From positions 38,750,001 to 38,814,000 of the forward strand of contig OX597837.1 of NCBI GenBank assembly GCA_951406725.2: a stretch of DNA of 64,000 nucleotides, given 5' to 3'. The DNA comes from Octopus vulgaris. Taxonomy: Eukaryota. Below the pieces are notes generated by a model. The model was given only the letters and a program-made list of their open reading frames with translations, ran no database searches and was not told the origin of the DNA. The position numbers and the translations under genes were made by a program. Position 1 is the stretch's first letter, and each line of letters begins with the position of its first letter. Below, in pieces: positions 16,186-30,735 of the stretch.

Positions 16186-16386
16186 GTGTGTATATAGGTA
16201 TTAGTGCATTGGTACGCTGTGTATATGCTAAAAGTGATGGTGACGGGTGTGTATATACTGGTATATACATATATACCGACAGTATAGTGATATCGTATAT
16301 ACACATATTGCTATGCATGTATAGATATATACATGTAAATATAGATATACATATATACATATATTATGTATGTGTGTATGATATAC

Positions 16387-16492
<106 letters not shown>

Positions 16493-17149
16493 ATATATAC
16501 ATACATATATATATATATGTATGTATATATGTATATATATATATATATTATTGGCATTGTTGTTGTTGAGCCACTGGTCACTCCTGATCTTGTAGACATG
16601 TGCTTATCAAAGACTTTCCAGCCGAGACCAACTCACCTACTGTAGGACTACGTTATGTAATGCATAACCGTTATGGCCCTGGAGGGGAAGTCAAGACGTT
16701 GGAGTATAATACGAGGGTATCTGGCTGTTATTTTCAGCACATCAGGTACCCGCTTTGAGCTGACATTGTGACGTCTGCGCAATGGTAGGGGTGACGGGGC
16801 TGGTTGTAAGTGGTTGTGACGGTTGTGGTGGTAGCTGTTGTTTAACCCCAGGTTAGTTGTCCTGATGGAGTTAGGGTTAGATCAGAGGTGTTCCAACGTG
16901 TGGCCATCCCGTCCCCTTTTTTGTAAGGGTATCTGCGCTGATTCATCACGGCGACGACGGCGGTGACTGTGGTGGCGGTGGTGATGGTGGCGGTGGTGGT
17001 GGTGGTGGTGGTGGTGGTGGTGGTGGTGGTGATGGTGGTGGTAGTGGTGGTGGCGATGGTGGTGGCGATGGTGGTGGTGGTAGTGGTGGTGGTGTAACGT
17101 TGAGGTATTCGTAGTGCATGTTCCTATGTGTGTTTGGATGAGCATGCGC

Positions 17150-17350
17150 ATATGTGTGCATATATATGTGTTTGTGTGTGTGTGTGTGTATGTGTCTGTG
17201 TGCTAGTGCGTGTTCGTATATGTATGTATGTGTGTATGTATGTATGTATGTATGTACATAACTGATTGTATGCGCATGTGCGTATGTATATGTATGCGCG
17301 TGACTGTGTAATGTGTTTATATGTGTATGCGCGACTGTGTATAAGCGTGT

Positions 17351-17414
<64 letters not shown>

Positions 17415-18260
17415 GTCTGTACGTGGGAGCGCACGCATGTGTGTGTATGGGAATGACTGAGTGTTTCTATGTATGTGTATGCGTGTATGTGTATGCCACG
17501 TGGTGTATATGTTGGTATGTGTGTATGCGTGTATATGCATGCCTGTACGCGAATTGTGTACACATATGTATATGTATATTCGTGTATATGTGTATATGTG
17601 TATATGTATATTCATGTATGTGTGTGTGCATCTGTGTATACGCATGTGTGTGTTAATATGTGCGTGAGTGTACATGTATAAGTGTGGATATGCATATATG
17701 TGTAACTACACATACGTGTGTATGTGTTTGAGCGTTGGCGTGTATGTGTGTGCGTGACTGAAATCCGTGTGTGTGTGTGTGTGTGTGTGTGAGTGTGTTG
17801 TGTGTTTTCTGTGTGTGCTTGTGCATGTGTGTGTGTGTGTATGCGCGTGTATGCGCGTGTACGCGTGAGTATGTTCTGTATTTTGTGTGTGTGCGTGTGT
17901 GTGTATGTATGCGTGTGCGTGTGTTCGCGCGCATGACTGTGTGCGTATATGTGCGCGCGTGAGTGTGGTGTGTGTTTTCTGTGTGCGTGTTTGTATGTGT
18001 GTGTGTGTGTGTGCGAGTGCCTGTGAGTGTGTGTGTGTTTATGTGTGTGCGTGAGTGTGTATGTGTGTGTGTATGTGTATTTTGTGTGGGCGTGTGTGTA
18101 TGTATGTGTATGTGTGTTTTGTGTGTGCATGTGTGTGTGTGCGTACGTGCGTCTGTGTGTGTGTGTGTGTGTCTGCGTGTGTGTGTATATGTGTGTGTGT
18201 GTGTGTTTGTGTGCGTGTGTGTGTATGTGTGTTTTGTGTGGACGTGTGTGTGTGCATGTG

Positions 18261-18337
<77 letters not shown>

Positions 18338-18439
18338 TTGTGTGCATGTGTGTGTATGTGTGTGTATATGTGTGTGTGTGTGTTTGTGTGCGTGTGTGTG
18401 TATGTGTGTTTTGTGTGGACGTGTGTGTGTGTGCATGTG

Positions 18440-18520
<81 letters not shown>
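17150..18520. repeat. Degenerate (TG)n/(TATG)n array with an internal ~180-bp duplication
   Basis: GTTTTGTGTGGACGTGTG...GCATGTGAGCG occurs at ~18231 and ~18408. Confidence 0.85.
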
Positions 18521-18687
18521 AGGCGTATATTCAATGACAAGAAAGCTCGCATGTTCCCAGGTACTGAAGTAAGATGCTGTAGTATTGGCCTTAGCACTAG
18601 TGGTGGTTGTGGCGGTGGCAGTATTTCTGGTGAATTAGTGTGTAAGCACTATGACCAAACGCATTCCAACCATGCCCAACCTGTCTT

Positions 18688-18735
<48 letters not shown>

Positions 18736-18979
18736 TATACATATAATAATAAAAATATCAAGGGTTTTTACATTGCGTAATGTGCCCTTTATTTCAAGAC
18801 AGAAGTGAGTGATTTTGAGGAAGGTCAAGCTGCTGCTATTTCTAGTAGGTTGAGCAACCAAGTAGAGACACCAGTGGTAGTGGTGTAATCGCTATGTGAT
18901 TGAAATAGCGTCGTTTTGGTGGTGGTGATGGTTGCATTACGAATCAAGGGCTAAGGAGTATTACTCCTTAGACACATAC

Positions 18980-19036
<57 letters not shown>

Positions 19037-19040
<4 letters not shown>

Positions 19041-19163
19041 GGTCCCGGGTTGATTCGGGGTTAACCACAGTAAATAAGGTACTCAATACATTGCAGAGTA
19101 AAATTAATTTATTATATAGAAGGAGCTTCTACAGGACTAGAACTCTAGTCCTGTAGAAGCTCC

Positions 19164-19172
<9 letters not shown>
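19037..19172. mobile_element. (TA)n-embedded element ending in a perfect 29-bp hairpin
   Basis: TATATAGAAGGAGCTTCTACAGGACTAGA ac TCTAGTCCTGTAGAAGCTCCTTCTATATA (19113-19172). Confidence 0.8.
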
Positions 19173-19204
<32 letters not shown>

Positions 19205-19263
19205 ATATATATGCATACGTGTATATGTGTATATATGTATATATGTATATATATGTACATATG

Positions 19264-19303
<40 letters not shown>

Positions 19304-19426
19304 CATACATTATATATATTTATATACATATGTATAAATATATATAAGCGCATATTTATATATTTATAAATACATATACATATATATATATATATACATA
19401 CATACATACATACATACATACATACA

Positions 19427-19458
<32 letters not shown>

Positions 19459-19520
19459 CATTCATGCATGCATACATACATACATTCATACATATATGTA
19501 TATATATATATGGCAGTATG

Positions 19521-19571
<51 letters not shown>

Positions 19572-19929
19572 CTATGAGAGGGAGTGAGTGAGAGACAGAC
19601 AGACAGACAGACAGACAGAGAGAAGGGTAGAAAAGTAAGTGATCCTGGCATTTCATTGGTCCATATGTGAATAAGGCGGAAGTTGTGTATATTGTCCGCC
19701 ATTTGTCATAGGAGCGTAGTCCCGCACTGAATGTGTGTGTGTAAGGAGGGGGTCGGGGGAGAGAGGAAATGATGACTAGTGCTGCCACCTTACACTAAAC
19801 TCACGCAACAACAGCAACAAAATCAACAACTAAACGTAGCAGTAGCAGCAGCAGCAGCAGCGGCAGTAGCATCACAACAATGTTACTTTGAAATGATATC
19901 ATCGTTTAACATCGCCATACATAAAGACA

Positions 19930-19948
19930 CCACCACCAGCAGCAGCAG

Positions 19949-19979
<31 letters not shown>

Positions 19980-21090
19980 ACCACCGCCACCACTACCATC
20001 ACCACCACCACCACTACCACCACCACCACCAACACACTTACAGGCAAGAACAACACCAACATCTCCACGACCATCACTACAAATATTTCCACTACCACCA
20101 CCTCTACCATCGCCACTACCACTACCACCACCACCACCACCACCTCTACAACAGCCACCTCCACTTTCACTAGCACCACCATCACCTCCTCCACCACCAC
20201 CACCACTACCAGCATCACCACCATCAACACCAACAACCACTACCACCAACGCCTCTACCACCAACACCACTACCACCACCATCACTACCACCCATCTATC
20301 AACACTACCCCACTACCAACACCACCACACTTACAGGCAAGAACAACACCACCATCTCCACGACCATCACTACCAACATTTCCACTACCAACACCACCGC
20401 CACCGCCCCTACCATCGTCACACCCGCCACCACCACCACCTCTACAACTACCACTAGCACCACCATCACCTCCACCACCGCCACCACTACCAGTATCACC
20501 ACCATCCATACCAACAACCACTACCACCACATCTACCATTACCAACACCACTACCACCAACACCACTACCACAAACACCACTACCACCACCATCACTACC
20601 ACCCATCTATCAACACTACACCACTACCATCACCACCACCACACATCACTACCACCACCACCACCACCACCACCACACTTACAGGCAAGAACAACACCAA
20701 CATCTCCACGACCATCACTACCAATATTTCCACTACCAACACCACCGCGACCGCACCTACCATCACCACTACCACCACCACCACCAACACCACCACCTCT
20801 ACAACTACCACCCCACTGTCACTAGCACCACCATCACCTCCACCACCACCAGCATCACCACCATCAACACCAACAACCACTACCACCACATCTACCAACA
20901 CCACCCTCACCAACACCACTACCACCAACACCACTACCACCCTACCACCACCATCACTACCACCCATATATCAACACTACACCACTACCATCACCACCAC
21001 CACATATCACTACCACCACCACCACCACTACCACCACCATCACCACCACTAAAACCAACATCACCACCAGCACCACTACAACCACCATCG
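19930..21090. repeat. (CAC/CCA)n-based higher-order tandem repeat, three ~300-350-bp units
   Basis: CACTTACAGGCAAGAACAACACC recurs at 20035, 20328 and 20676. Confidence 0.85.
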
Positions 21091-21510
21091 CAGTTCCCCC
21101 AACTCACTCCATTGAAGTGAATTAGCTGCTATTTCTAGAAGATCGATGGACCACATAGAGGTTACTTCGTCAAGGTAACGGCTATGTAGACCATCGATCT
21201 TCTAGAAATAACAGCTAATTCACTTTTAGTTTTTCCCTATACCATCTAGAAACAAAAAGTATATGGAAGGACAGATAGGATGATGCTGTCTGGGATTCCT
21301 AAAAATGACTGGATGGTCACAACAGGACTAGCTTTGATCACAGGTTTTTTTCAACTAGGATTGACCTGGAGTTAAACAACAGCAACAACAAACATTAACA
21401 TGGTAACTGTGGTGGCGATGGCGGTGGTAGAAGGATGATGGTGGCGATGGTAGTTGTGAGACATTGGTGCTAGTAGTAGTAGTAGTAGTAGTAGTAGTAG
21501 CAGTAGTAGC

Positions 21511-21569
<59 letters not shown>

Positions 21570-21939
21570 CGGTAGTGGTAGTAGTAGTAGTAGTAGTAGT
21601 AGTAAGTGCTGTTGTGGTAGTTGTGTTGTAGTTTGGTTGAGGTGGTGATGTTGGTGTTGCTGTGGAGATAGCAACGGTGGTTGCTGATGGTGTTGGTGGT
21701 GGTTGTGGTGGCGGTGGTGGTAGTGGTAGTGTTTTAGGAGGCTTGTACCATATCACACCTCCATCTACCAATGCCATAATCCCCATCAACCTCACACTAA
21801 CACCCCAACTGTAACCCTACCACCATCAACTACCACAACTAATACTATAACTGCCACAATTGCACTTATCATCATCATCATCATCATCACCATTAATTCA
21901 CCACTATCACCACCAACACCAACATCACCTCCATTAACG

Positions 21940-22440
21940 CCAACCCTGATCCTAAACCTCTATATGTAACATAAATCTAACCCTAACCTAAATACACTCC
22001 AAATCTTTCCTTAGTCCTAACCCTGTCAACGCCATGCTAATACCCTTCTAGATCCCAATTACTAATAAGAAACCTTAATCCTAACCATAACTCTCAGACA
22101 CCTAAACCAAGCCCTAATATAAATCTAACACTAACTCTAACGATAGCCCTAAACTTTTTCTCTACTCCTGGCACTTGATTCTTGTCCTAAACATTACCCT
22201 AAACCTAAATGTCGAACTCTTATTTTTGATCTAACCCTAATCCTAACTATAACTCTTTTCTGGGCCCTAACCTTATCCTAAGCATCAAACCTAGCCGAAA
22301 AATACACCCTCAATTCTTGATCTAACCATAAGCCTAACTGTAAGTTTATTTCTGACCCTAGGCCTAATTTTAACATCAGCCCTAGCTCAAATTACATCGC
22401 TAGCTCTTGGTCTGATCCTAACTATATCGCTATTCTTTGC
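21940..22440. repeat. Degenerate (CCCTAA)-like array with a ~90-bp higher-order unit
   Basis: Many ccctaa/cctaac variants; TTGATCTAACC...CCTAACT-like blocks at ~22226, ~22317 and ~22407. Confidence 0.6.
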
Positions 22441-22444
22441 CATA

Positions 22445-23130
22445 GCTTTCTTACTGAACGCCCAAAATTTTGTTAAAGCAATCGCTGATATAAGTGAGTC
22501 AGACATTAATGCGATTATGTATACAAAAATCAAACTGGTTTTTTTATGGCAATACATGGATTAAGAAAAGAAGGACGAATTGTTTGATATGGCAATGGAA
22601 GCCTATAGTGGTGTTCAGAAGAGTAGAATAATGGGTTACAATTTCTAGATTTATTGGAAAAGAGACTTCCCAAAATGGTTTGCGGTTTGTATCGTAATGA
22701 TGGCCTGATTCTCTTGTGAAATTGTAACGATCGTAAGTTATATAGATTTTGGAAAAATATGATTAAAGTATTTTAGGAAATAGACTTAGTATTACTGTTA
22801 TCTTATCGCCATTAATTTTCTAGATAAAACCTTCAGACTGGACAATCATAATTGTCACCCATATCCAAAACTGAATGTGTAACTAGAGTACATATATAGA
22901 CAATCTAATCACCCGCCTAGTATCTTGAGGATCATGATTGACAACATTAGCAAAAGGACATCCACAATGTTTTCCGAGAAAATGCTTTTTATAGGAACCG
23001 CATGGTTTTACAATGAAGTACTTAGAAATAGCGGGTTCTCTTAGAAGGTTTCGGACATTAAAAAAATGAGAATGCACAGCGTAAGAATAGGAATAAGAAA
23101 ATATTTTTATGGTACAACCCAATATTTAAC
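22445..23130 (+). mobile_element. Penelope-like element, decayed reverse transcriptase
   Basis: Interrupted frames give FDMAMEAYSG (cf. FDVTMGSYDG), GLYRNDGL (cf. GLYRDDG), INFLDKTF, QSNHPPSILR and LWYNP (cf. WFNPP). Confidence 0.8.
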
Positions 23131-23199
23131 CTGACTGAGAACTAGTATAGCTGTGACTGAAGTATAGTAAGATATAAAATAATAATTGTATTAAGATTA

Positions 23200-23760
23200 T
23201 GTCTTGGGAGGGTCATTACGCAAATAACAACACACGCGCTGGTTCAATATCGCTTCTTTATTGTTAGTCAGTTGGTTAGATACCTACCCAACTAACTAAT
23301 CGATTATTTGTTTCAGGCACTGGTCAAACAATCAATCAATTATTTTTATGTCAGTCTTTGAAGTGAGAGGGCATGTTACTGGTGAGGTCGCAAATAGCGA
23401 CAGAATGACTTTGACGAACAAACAACCGTCTGATTGTTTAACCAGAACATTAAACAAACTATTTTTGTCCTTGGATTGCAACCGTTATTTTCTATCTGGA
23501 AAGTATGAAAAATGGCTAAATATTTCTTTCAAACTTTGCTTTTGTTACATTTATTCAAACCCCAAAGAATCCCTCTCAACCCATGGCTATGATGCACCCC
23601 CACTGCTTCTGCTCATATCAGAAATGCACATATTGTTAGCCACTAAGGGACAAGCTCAAGTAGTTAAGGTCAAGCAACTGACAATCAAATCTGTGGTGTG
23701 GAGCAGAATATTTGCTAAAACGATGAAGCTTCTTCAGCGGCTCAGCGCTGAATCTGTCTG
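23200..23760. mobile_element. Interspersed repeat(s) interrupting the Penelope-like element
   Basis: Non-PLE sequence between the RT and EN remnants; 23550-23715 appears related to the 1466-1750 repeat. Confidence 0.4.
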
Positions 23761-24139
23761 AAATGTAAAAGAAAATAGGTCAGTTTCAAAACGTTGATGT
23801 CCAGCTCACGAAAGCAAAGTTTGAAGGAAATAGCAGTCATTTCCTTTGATCTCTAGCTAGAACCAAATAAGAAATAACACTGATCAAAGACAAAAAAGAA
23901 ACAATTTGTCACACAGCGATAGTTTATTGGATATTTAACCAATTGATTTACAATAAAGAAGTGATATTAATTCAGTGCATGTATTATTATTGGCGTAGTG
24001 ACCCTCCCAAGACAGAAGATTTGGTTTAACACACGGATTCACATCAAAAATCTTTCAAATCAAATACAAAAACGAAGTATGTTAAGGTTATTAGTTATTC
24101 AGTTAGTAAGAATTTCGGTTGGTGTATCAGAGTTTGGTG

Positions 24140-24570
24140 TATCAGAGGCTGAAAACAACGGACAAACGACCGGTCTATATCAATCGTGCAACTTTAAAAT
24201 TCATTACAATGCCTCCTAAATGGTAACTGCTTAGCAAAGTTGATAACATACAGAGCTCAAGTAACATAACATACAGAGCTCAACATAGATGAGCCTAAAA
24301 TATATATTGGAACAACTGAATTGTCACATAAAATTGATTTGTTTAAACACACGCATTCATTTATCAGATCTGCTGCAAAATGGCGCAACGAATTTGTCGA
24401 AATTTATATCGTTCTGACGTGAAGCAAGTCTTCGCGAATTCAAAATTAGCTGGACGATTTTAGACATGGCACAATCATAAAGGAATTATGAATTTTGTTT
24501 CCAAGCATAACGATTTGAACAAAGGAATTGAACTGATGGTATATTATAAGCATAGAGCAGTGTATATATA
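24140..24570 (+). mobile_element. Penelope-like element, decayed GIY-YIG endonuclease
   Basis: CLLNGNCLAKLITYRAQVT, KIYIGTTE, HTHSF, ISWTILDMAQS and LNKGIEL, in PLE order. Confidence 0.75.
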
Positions 24571-24847
24571 CCAGTGTCTTTAATGTTCAACCTGATTTGC
24601 GGTAAGAAAAAAAATTTGGTATCAACGTTTTTTTTTTTTAAAGTATCATTTTTTAAATACTGCTTAAACAACACCGCGATTTTATGACAGGGCAATTCTT
24701 ATACTAACCTTCCTTGTATCAGATTTAAAAGCAGATCAGTTAAATATGAATAGATTTGGAGTGTTCCCACGACAGCAAAAAATGAAACGAGAAGCTGGAC
24801 TTAAATCAACTGGGGTTTTTTCATTTTTTACGTATCGGCCGCACGAT

Positions 24848-25296
24848 TATATATATATATATATACATATAAAGCTGAAGTTGTTTGTGTGTGTGTGGGT
24901 GTGGCAGGTTTGGTAGCCTTCAACTAATACTATCTCCTCCGAGACCCTGCGGCGCAAGTTGACCAACATTGAGAGTATTATAGAAGACGGCTTGCTCTTC
25001 ATTCCGTAGAAGAAAAAATTCAAATCGGACCATGTTAACACCAAAAATTATTTACATCCAAAAGGTGCTTTTTTTCTATGAAAATCCCTTTCTTATACGA
25101 TTTTTTGACTGTTGTGCCGCCATTTTTTGGTGTATTTCAACCAGTAAAATGTTCACTAAAGAGAATAACAAGCTACATAATGCAAACTTTTTACTTTTCA
25201 AAAAATATTGAAACTATGTCAAAACTTCGTTAACGCGACATCAAAGTCTGCCGGTTTAAGCGCAACAAACCCGAGCAACGCCGGGCTATACTGCTA

Positions 25297-25297
<1 letters not shown>
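24848..25297 (+). mobile_element. Non-autonomous Helitron
   Basis: 5' (TA)n-ATATAAAGCTGAAGTTG...(TG)n start. 3' GC-rich hairpin CCCGAGCAACGCCGGG about 8 nt before CTAG|T. Confidence 0.7.
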
Positions 25298-25338
<41 letters not shown>

Positions 25339-25367
25339 AAAATAAGCAACAAGGATATTCAAGCTAG

Positions 25368-25455
25368 TGTAGTACAATCGTTTCATGCTACTTCATATAA
25401 TTAAACAATGTAAGTATTACATCAGTTTTAAAATGTAGAGCACTTTTCAGCCACA
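25368..25455 (-). ncRNA. Type I hammerhead motif with one core substitution (G8A)
   Basis: tgtgg-CTGAAAA-GTGCT...AGCAT-GAAA-CGATTG-TA-ctaca, within an element with inverted arms at 25341-25375 and 25512-25547. Confidence 0.55.
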
Positions 25456-25667
25456 TATAGAATATTTTTTAATTAAATAGACAATGTTCATTTTTATACT
25501 TATTCCATTTGGTACTTACACTACCTTGGATATCCTTGTTGCTTATTATGATTATAATCACCCCCATCTGATTTATATGGATAATACCATTCCAAATTCT
25601 GGTGCCTTTAACTTAAGTACCATATTCATCTGAATCTGAATTTTGCTGAACTTATATATATATATCT

Positions 25668-25858
25668 TTTATCTTTTAGGTTTTACTTGTTGCAGTCATT
25701 TGATTGCGGCCGTGCTGGGACACCGCCTTGGAGAAGTTTTAGTCCGATGAATCGACCCCATGGTACTTAATTTATCGATCTTTTTGTCGAACTGCTAGAT
25801 AACGGGGACGTTAACACTCCAGCACCGGTTGTCAAACGATGGTGGGAGACAAACACAT
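25668..25858 (-). mobile_element. SINE 3' half (CORE-like family)
   Basis: CAGTCATTTGATTGCGGCCGTGCTGGGACACCGCC...CCAGCACCGGTTGTCAA. Confidence 0.75.
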
Positions 25859-25971
25859 ATATAAAAACATACACACACACATAGACATATACATGCAAAC
25901 ACACACACACACATAGACATACACATGCACACGCGTGCACGCACGTATAAGCACACACACACACACATATA

Positions 25972-26113
25972 CTTTATTATTAAAGCTGCAAGAACATACA
26001 AAAATGTGTTTTGTGACACCTTTTGCAGCTTTAATAATAAAGCACATTACTCTACATCCGGTATTCGAGTACTATTTTCTCCTACCTTGTTTCGCATTTA
26101 TGAGCTTACTCTG

Positions 26114-26120
<7 letters not shown>
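25972..26120. mobile_element. Fold-back element related to 9708-9964
   Basis: 20-bp perfect inverted arms at 25972-25991 and 26023-26042; the rest is homologous to 9708-9790 in reverse. Confidence 0.75.
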
Positions 26121-26154
<34 letters not shown>

Positions 26155-26459
26155 TTCATTTATACTCAAGAAAGGTCTATGTATTGAGTTCTACAGTATA
26201 ACGTTACTCAGTGAATCAATACACACACACACATGCGTGTACATGTAGGTACGTAGGTTGGTACGTAGGTACGTGTGTATACATATATAAGTATGTGTAT
26301 GTGTATATGCAATATGCATGTGTGTATATTCATATATATATATATATATGTATGGTGTGTGAGAGAGAGAGAAAGATAGTGAGAGATAGTTTATGCATGT
26401 ATATATATGTGTGTGTGTGTGTGTACTTATACATGTATATGTGTCAGAGTGTGTGTGTA

Positions 26460-26502
<43 letters not shown>

Positions 26503-26649
26503 GCACGAACAGATATGCACACACATATACATAAAGGCATTCATTCATGCATACGTACGTACACACACTCATAAACACGCTCACAAACATACATATAGAG
26601 ATACACACATAAACACACACGTACACACACACATACACACACACATGCA

Positions 26650-26685
<36 letters not shown>

Positions 26686-28288
26686 CACACACACATGCAC
26701 ACACACATGCACACATACACACACACACATACATATGCACACGCACATACACACGCACACACACATGCACACACGCTGAAAGAATCCTTGTCGAATGATC
26801 GTCTGTTTTGATGTATTTTTTTTCTGCGGATTGTTTCCATTCAATTATTTATTGCAACTCATCAGGGATTGTTGTGAAGGAGTTGCGCCGTCTTTGAGGA
26901 GGAATGGTCACCATTGAACACGGCTAATAAACGCTGTTAGCATTGCATACGTTCCACACAGCCACTTCAACAAAACCGCGTTCGAATCCAAACCTCTCTC
27001 CTCCCGGTTTTAATTAAGATAACTACCATACTGAACCTTCAATAACCAGCAATCACACACACAATTACATACACTTACGCACACACAGACTTACATATAC
27101 CTACACACACCCTCACACTCCTACACACGCCTTCACATGCGCACACACACACATACACATACACCACATTATCTGTCTTTCTCTCTCCCCCTCTCTCACT
27201 CTGCTTCTTTATTCTGTCTCTCTGCCCATTCTTTGTCCTATTACACTCTTACTCTTTCCCCCTCTCTCTCTCACACACATATACACACACGCACACATAT
27301 ACTCACACACATACACACTCAGACACATACACACACACACACGCTCACATATACTTACACACATCCACACACAGACACATATATACACGCACACACATGC
27401 ACACATATACTTACACACACACAGAGTCATACATACATACATACATACACACACACACATATGCCATCTCATCTCCGCCTCTGTCTTTGTACTCTCCTGC
27501 TTTCTCTCCTTGTTTTCGTCCCTCTCTATCCTTTTCTTTCTCTCTCCTCTCTCTTTCTCTCTCCTATCCCTTTCTCACTCTGTTTTCTGCATTTTTCCCT
27601 TCTTTTCTCTATCTATATCCTATCCCTCTCTTACTCTGCTTCTAGCTTCTTTCTTTCTCTCTCTCCCTCACTTTCTCTCACCCTCTATCTCTCTCTTTAA
27701 CTGTCTATCTCTCTCTCTATCTCTATCTCTCTATCTCAATTTCTCTCTATCTCTCTCTCTCTCTCTCTAACTGTCTATCTCTCTCTCTCTCTATCTATCT
27801 CTAACACACACACACACACAGCCATCCCTTATCTCTTTCACACTCTTAGTACTCCTACTTCCCCTCTCTAGTTTACTATCACTCCCTTTCTCTCCCTCTT
27901 TCCCTCTCTCTTTCTCTCTCTCTCTCTCTTTCTCATTCTCATTTACTCTCTCACCCTCATTCTCATTCTCTTTCACTCTCTCACCCATTCACTTTCTCCC
28001 TCTTTCTCTTTCTCTATCTATCTATCTATCTATCTCTCTGACGCGTACATCCCTCATCTCTTAGCGCCCTCTATCTTAATCTCTCTCCCGGTCTTACACA
28101 CACACAAACACACACACATACCCATACACACTCCTTAAACACACACGCATTGATACATACACAGATACACACATACACACACACACACATAAACACACAT
28201 ACACACATACGCACTCACATATACATACACACAAAAACATACACACACAAACATACACACACATACACACACACTCGCACACACACAT

Positions 28289-28328
<40 letters not shown>

Positions 28329-28699
28329 GCACAGATATACATGTGCGCTCGCGCACTTTCTCTAAGAGCATGGAGGTACTCTTGAGATTAAACTAATCTG
28401 TTCTCGACACTCAACGCAAGTATCCTTCGTTCAGCCATCCGCCTGCCCGCCTGCCCGCCTTTCCGCCCTGCCCGCCGTGCCCACCTCTCCGCCCAGCCCG
28501 CCTTTCACCCGTCTACATGTCTTCGTGTCTGTCAGTATGTCTGTATGTATGTCTGTCTGCCTTCTGTATATGTCTGCCTGCTCTGTGCATTTGGCCGTAC
28601 GACTTGTCTGGGTTTCTGGTCTCTATGTGTAGAGATCATCATATGGGTAGATAGATAGGTAGGTAAGTGGGCAGGCAGGTAGGTAGGTAGGTAGGTAGG

Positions 28700-29177
<478 letters not shown>

Positions 29178-29178
<1 letters not shown>

Positions 29179-29410
29179 ATCTTTCTTTTTTTATTGCCCA
29201 CGAGGGGCTCAACACAGAGGAGACAAACAGGGACAGATAAACGGATTAAGTCGATTACATCAACCCCCAGTGCGTAACTGGTATTCAATTTATCGACCCC
29301 GAAAGGATGAAAGGCAAAGTTGACCTCGGCGGAATTTGAACTCAGAACGTAGCGGCAGACGAAATACCCCTAAGCATTTCGCCCGATGTGCTAACGTTTC
29401 TGCCAGCGCT
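29178..29410 (-). mobile_element. SINE with central GCCTTTCATCCTTTCGGGGTCGATAAA motif
   Basis: Head CTGGCAGAAACGTTAGCACATCGGGCGAAATGC, B-box-like GAGTTCAAATTCC, tail CCCCTCGTGGGCAATAAA. Confidence 0.85.
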
Positions 29411-29519
29411 GCTAGAAATAGCACCCGATGGCCTTCAGTAACAAAACCACACGTTGGATAATACAGTGTTCTACAAACTCCTCTAATAAAATGGGATGGT
29501 CCCGAAGAACAACAATGGC

Positions 29520-29667
29520 AACATCTATCAACACGTCCATCACCACCATCATCATCATCACCACTACATTCATCATCATCATCGTCATCATCATTAATGT
29601 TACCACCAACACTACCACCACCAGCAGCAACAGTAGCAGCGATATAATCATCATCATCGTCATCATT

Positions 29668-29701
<34 letters not shown>

Positions 29702-29889
29702 ATGCCATCAATAACAGCATCAATACCACTACCATCTCCATCACCAGCACCATCATCATCATCATCATCATCATCTTCATAATTGTCGTCGTCTTCATCC
29801 CTGCCACTAACACCAGCATTACTAATAACAACACCATCATAGTTAAGACCATCATCATCATCATCATCATCTTCTTCTTCTTCTTCATC

Positions 29890-29923
<34 letters not shown>

Positions 29924-29944
29924 TCATCACCGTCACCGCCACCA

Positions 29945-29975
<31 letters not shown>

Positions 29976-30703
29976 CCACAGCAACAACAACAATAGCAGC
30001 AAGTGTAATACCCACACTCATCTCTCTTATCGTCACGATCATCATCATCATCACCACCACCACCACCACCTTGTCTTCATTAACATCATCATCATCATAT
30101 TCATCTTCATCATCATCATCTTCATTATCATTTTCATTATCATCATCATCTTCATCATCATCACCACCACCACCACCATCATCATCATCACCACCACCAT
30201 CACCACCACCACCACCATCATCATCGCCACCACCATCATCATCATCATCATCATCATCAACGTCATCATTATCACCACCACCACCATCACCACCACCATC
30301 ATCGATCCTCCTTATGATGACCGCCGTCACTGCCGCCACCGCCACCGCCGCCGCCACCGCCACCGCCGCCGCCATCGCTATGGTCATTCCAATTATGAGA
30401 GAGAACGAGATAAGTAGAACAATTCTTGCACCAATTCTTGCTGAGAGGAGGAGGAACATTGTCGCTGGCGGAGTCTGAACTGTGACAGATGTCGATGGTA
30501 GCTGGGTTTGTTTTGTTTTTCTTTTTTCTTTTTTATCGGTCTCTCGAGGAGAAGGAAGGAAAGGGAATAGGTGGAGGCGGCGGCGGAGAGGCGAGCTTGG
30601 AGGAAGATTTTTGATGCTGATGATGGTGACGAAGATGGTGATGATGAAGACAACGACGACGACGACGATGGTGGTAGTGGTGGTGGTGGTGGTGATGATG
30701 ATG

Positions 30704-30735
<32 letters not shown>

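Noticed and set aside
19779-20825. 348-aa Gln/Ala/Thr/Pro-rich ORF resembling a mucin or transcription factor
   Set aside because: It has a GTG start and is built from (CAC)n tandem units that are read in different frames between copies.
26825-26870. CTGATGA...GAAA on the minus strand
   Set aside because: Stems I-III do not pair, so this is likely chance.
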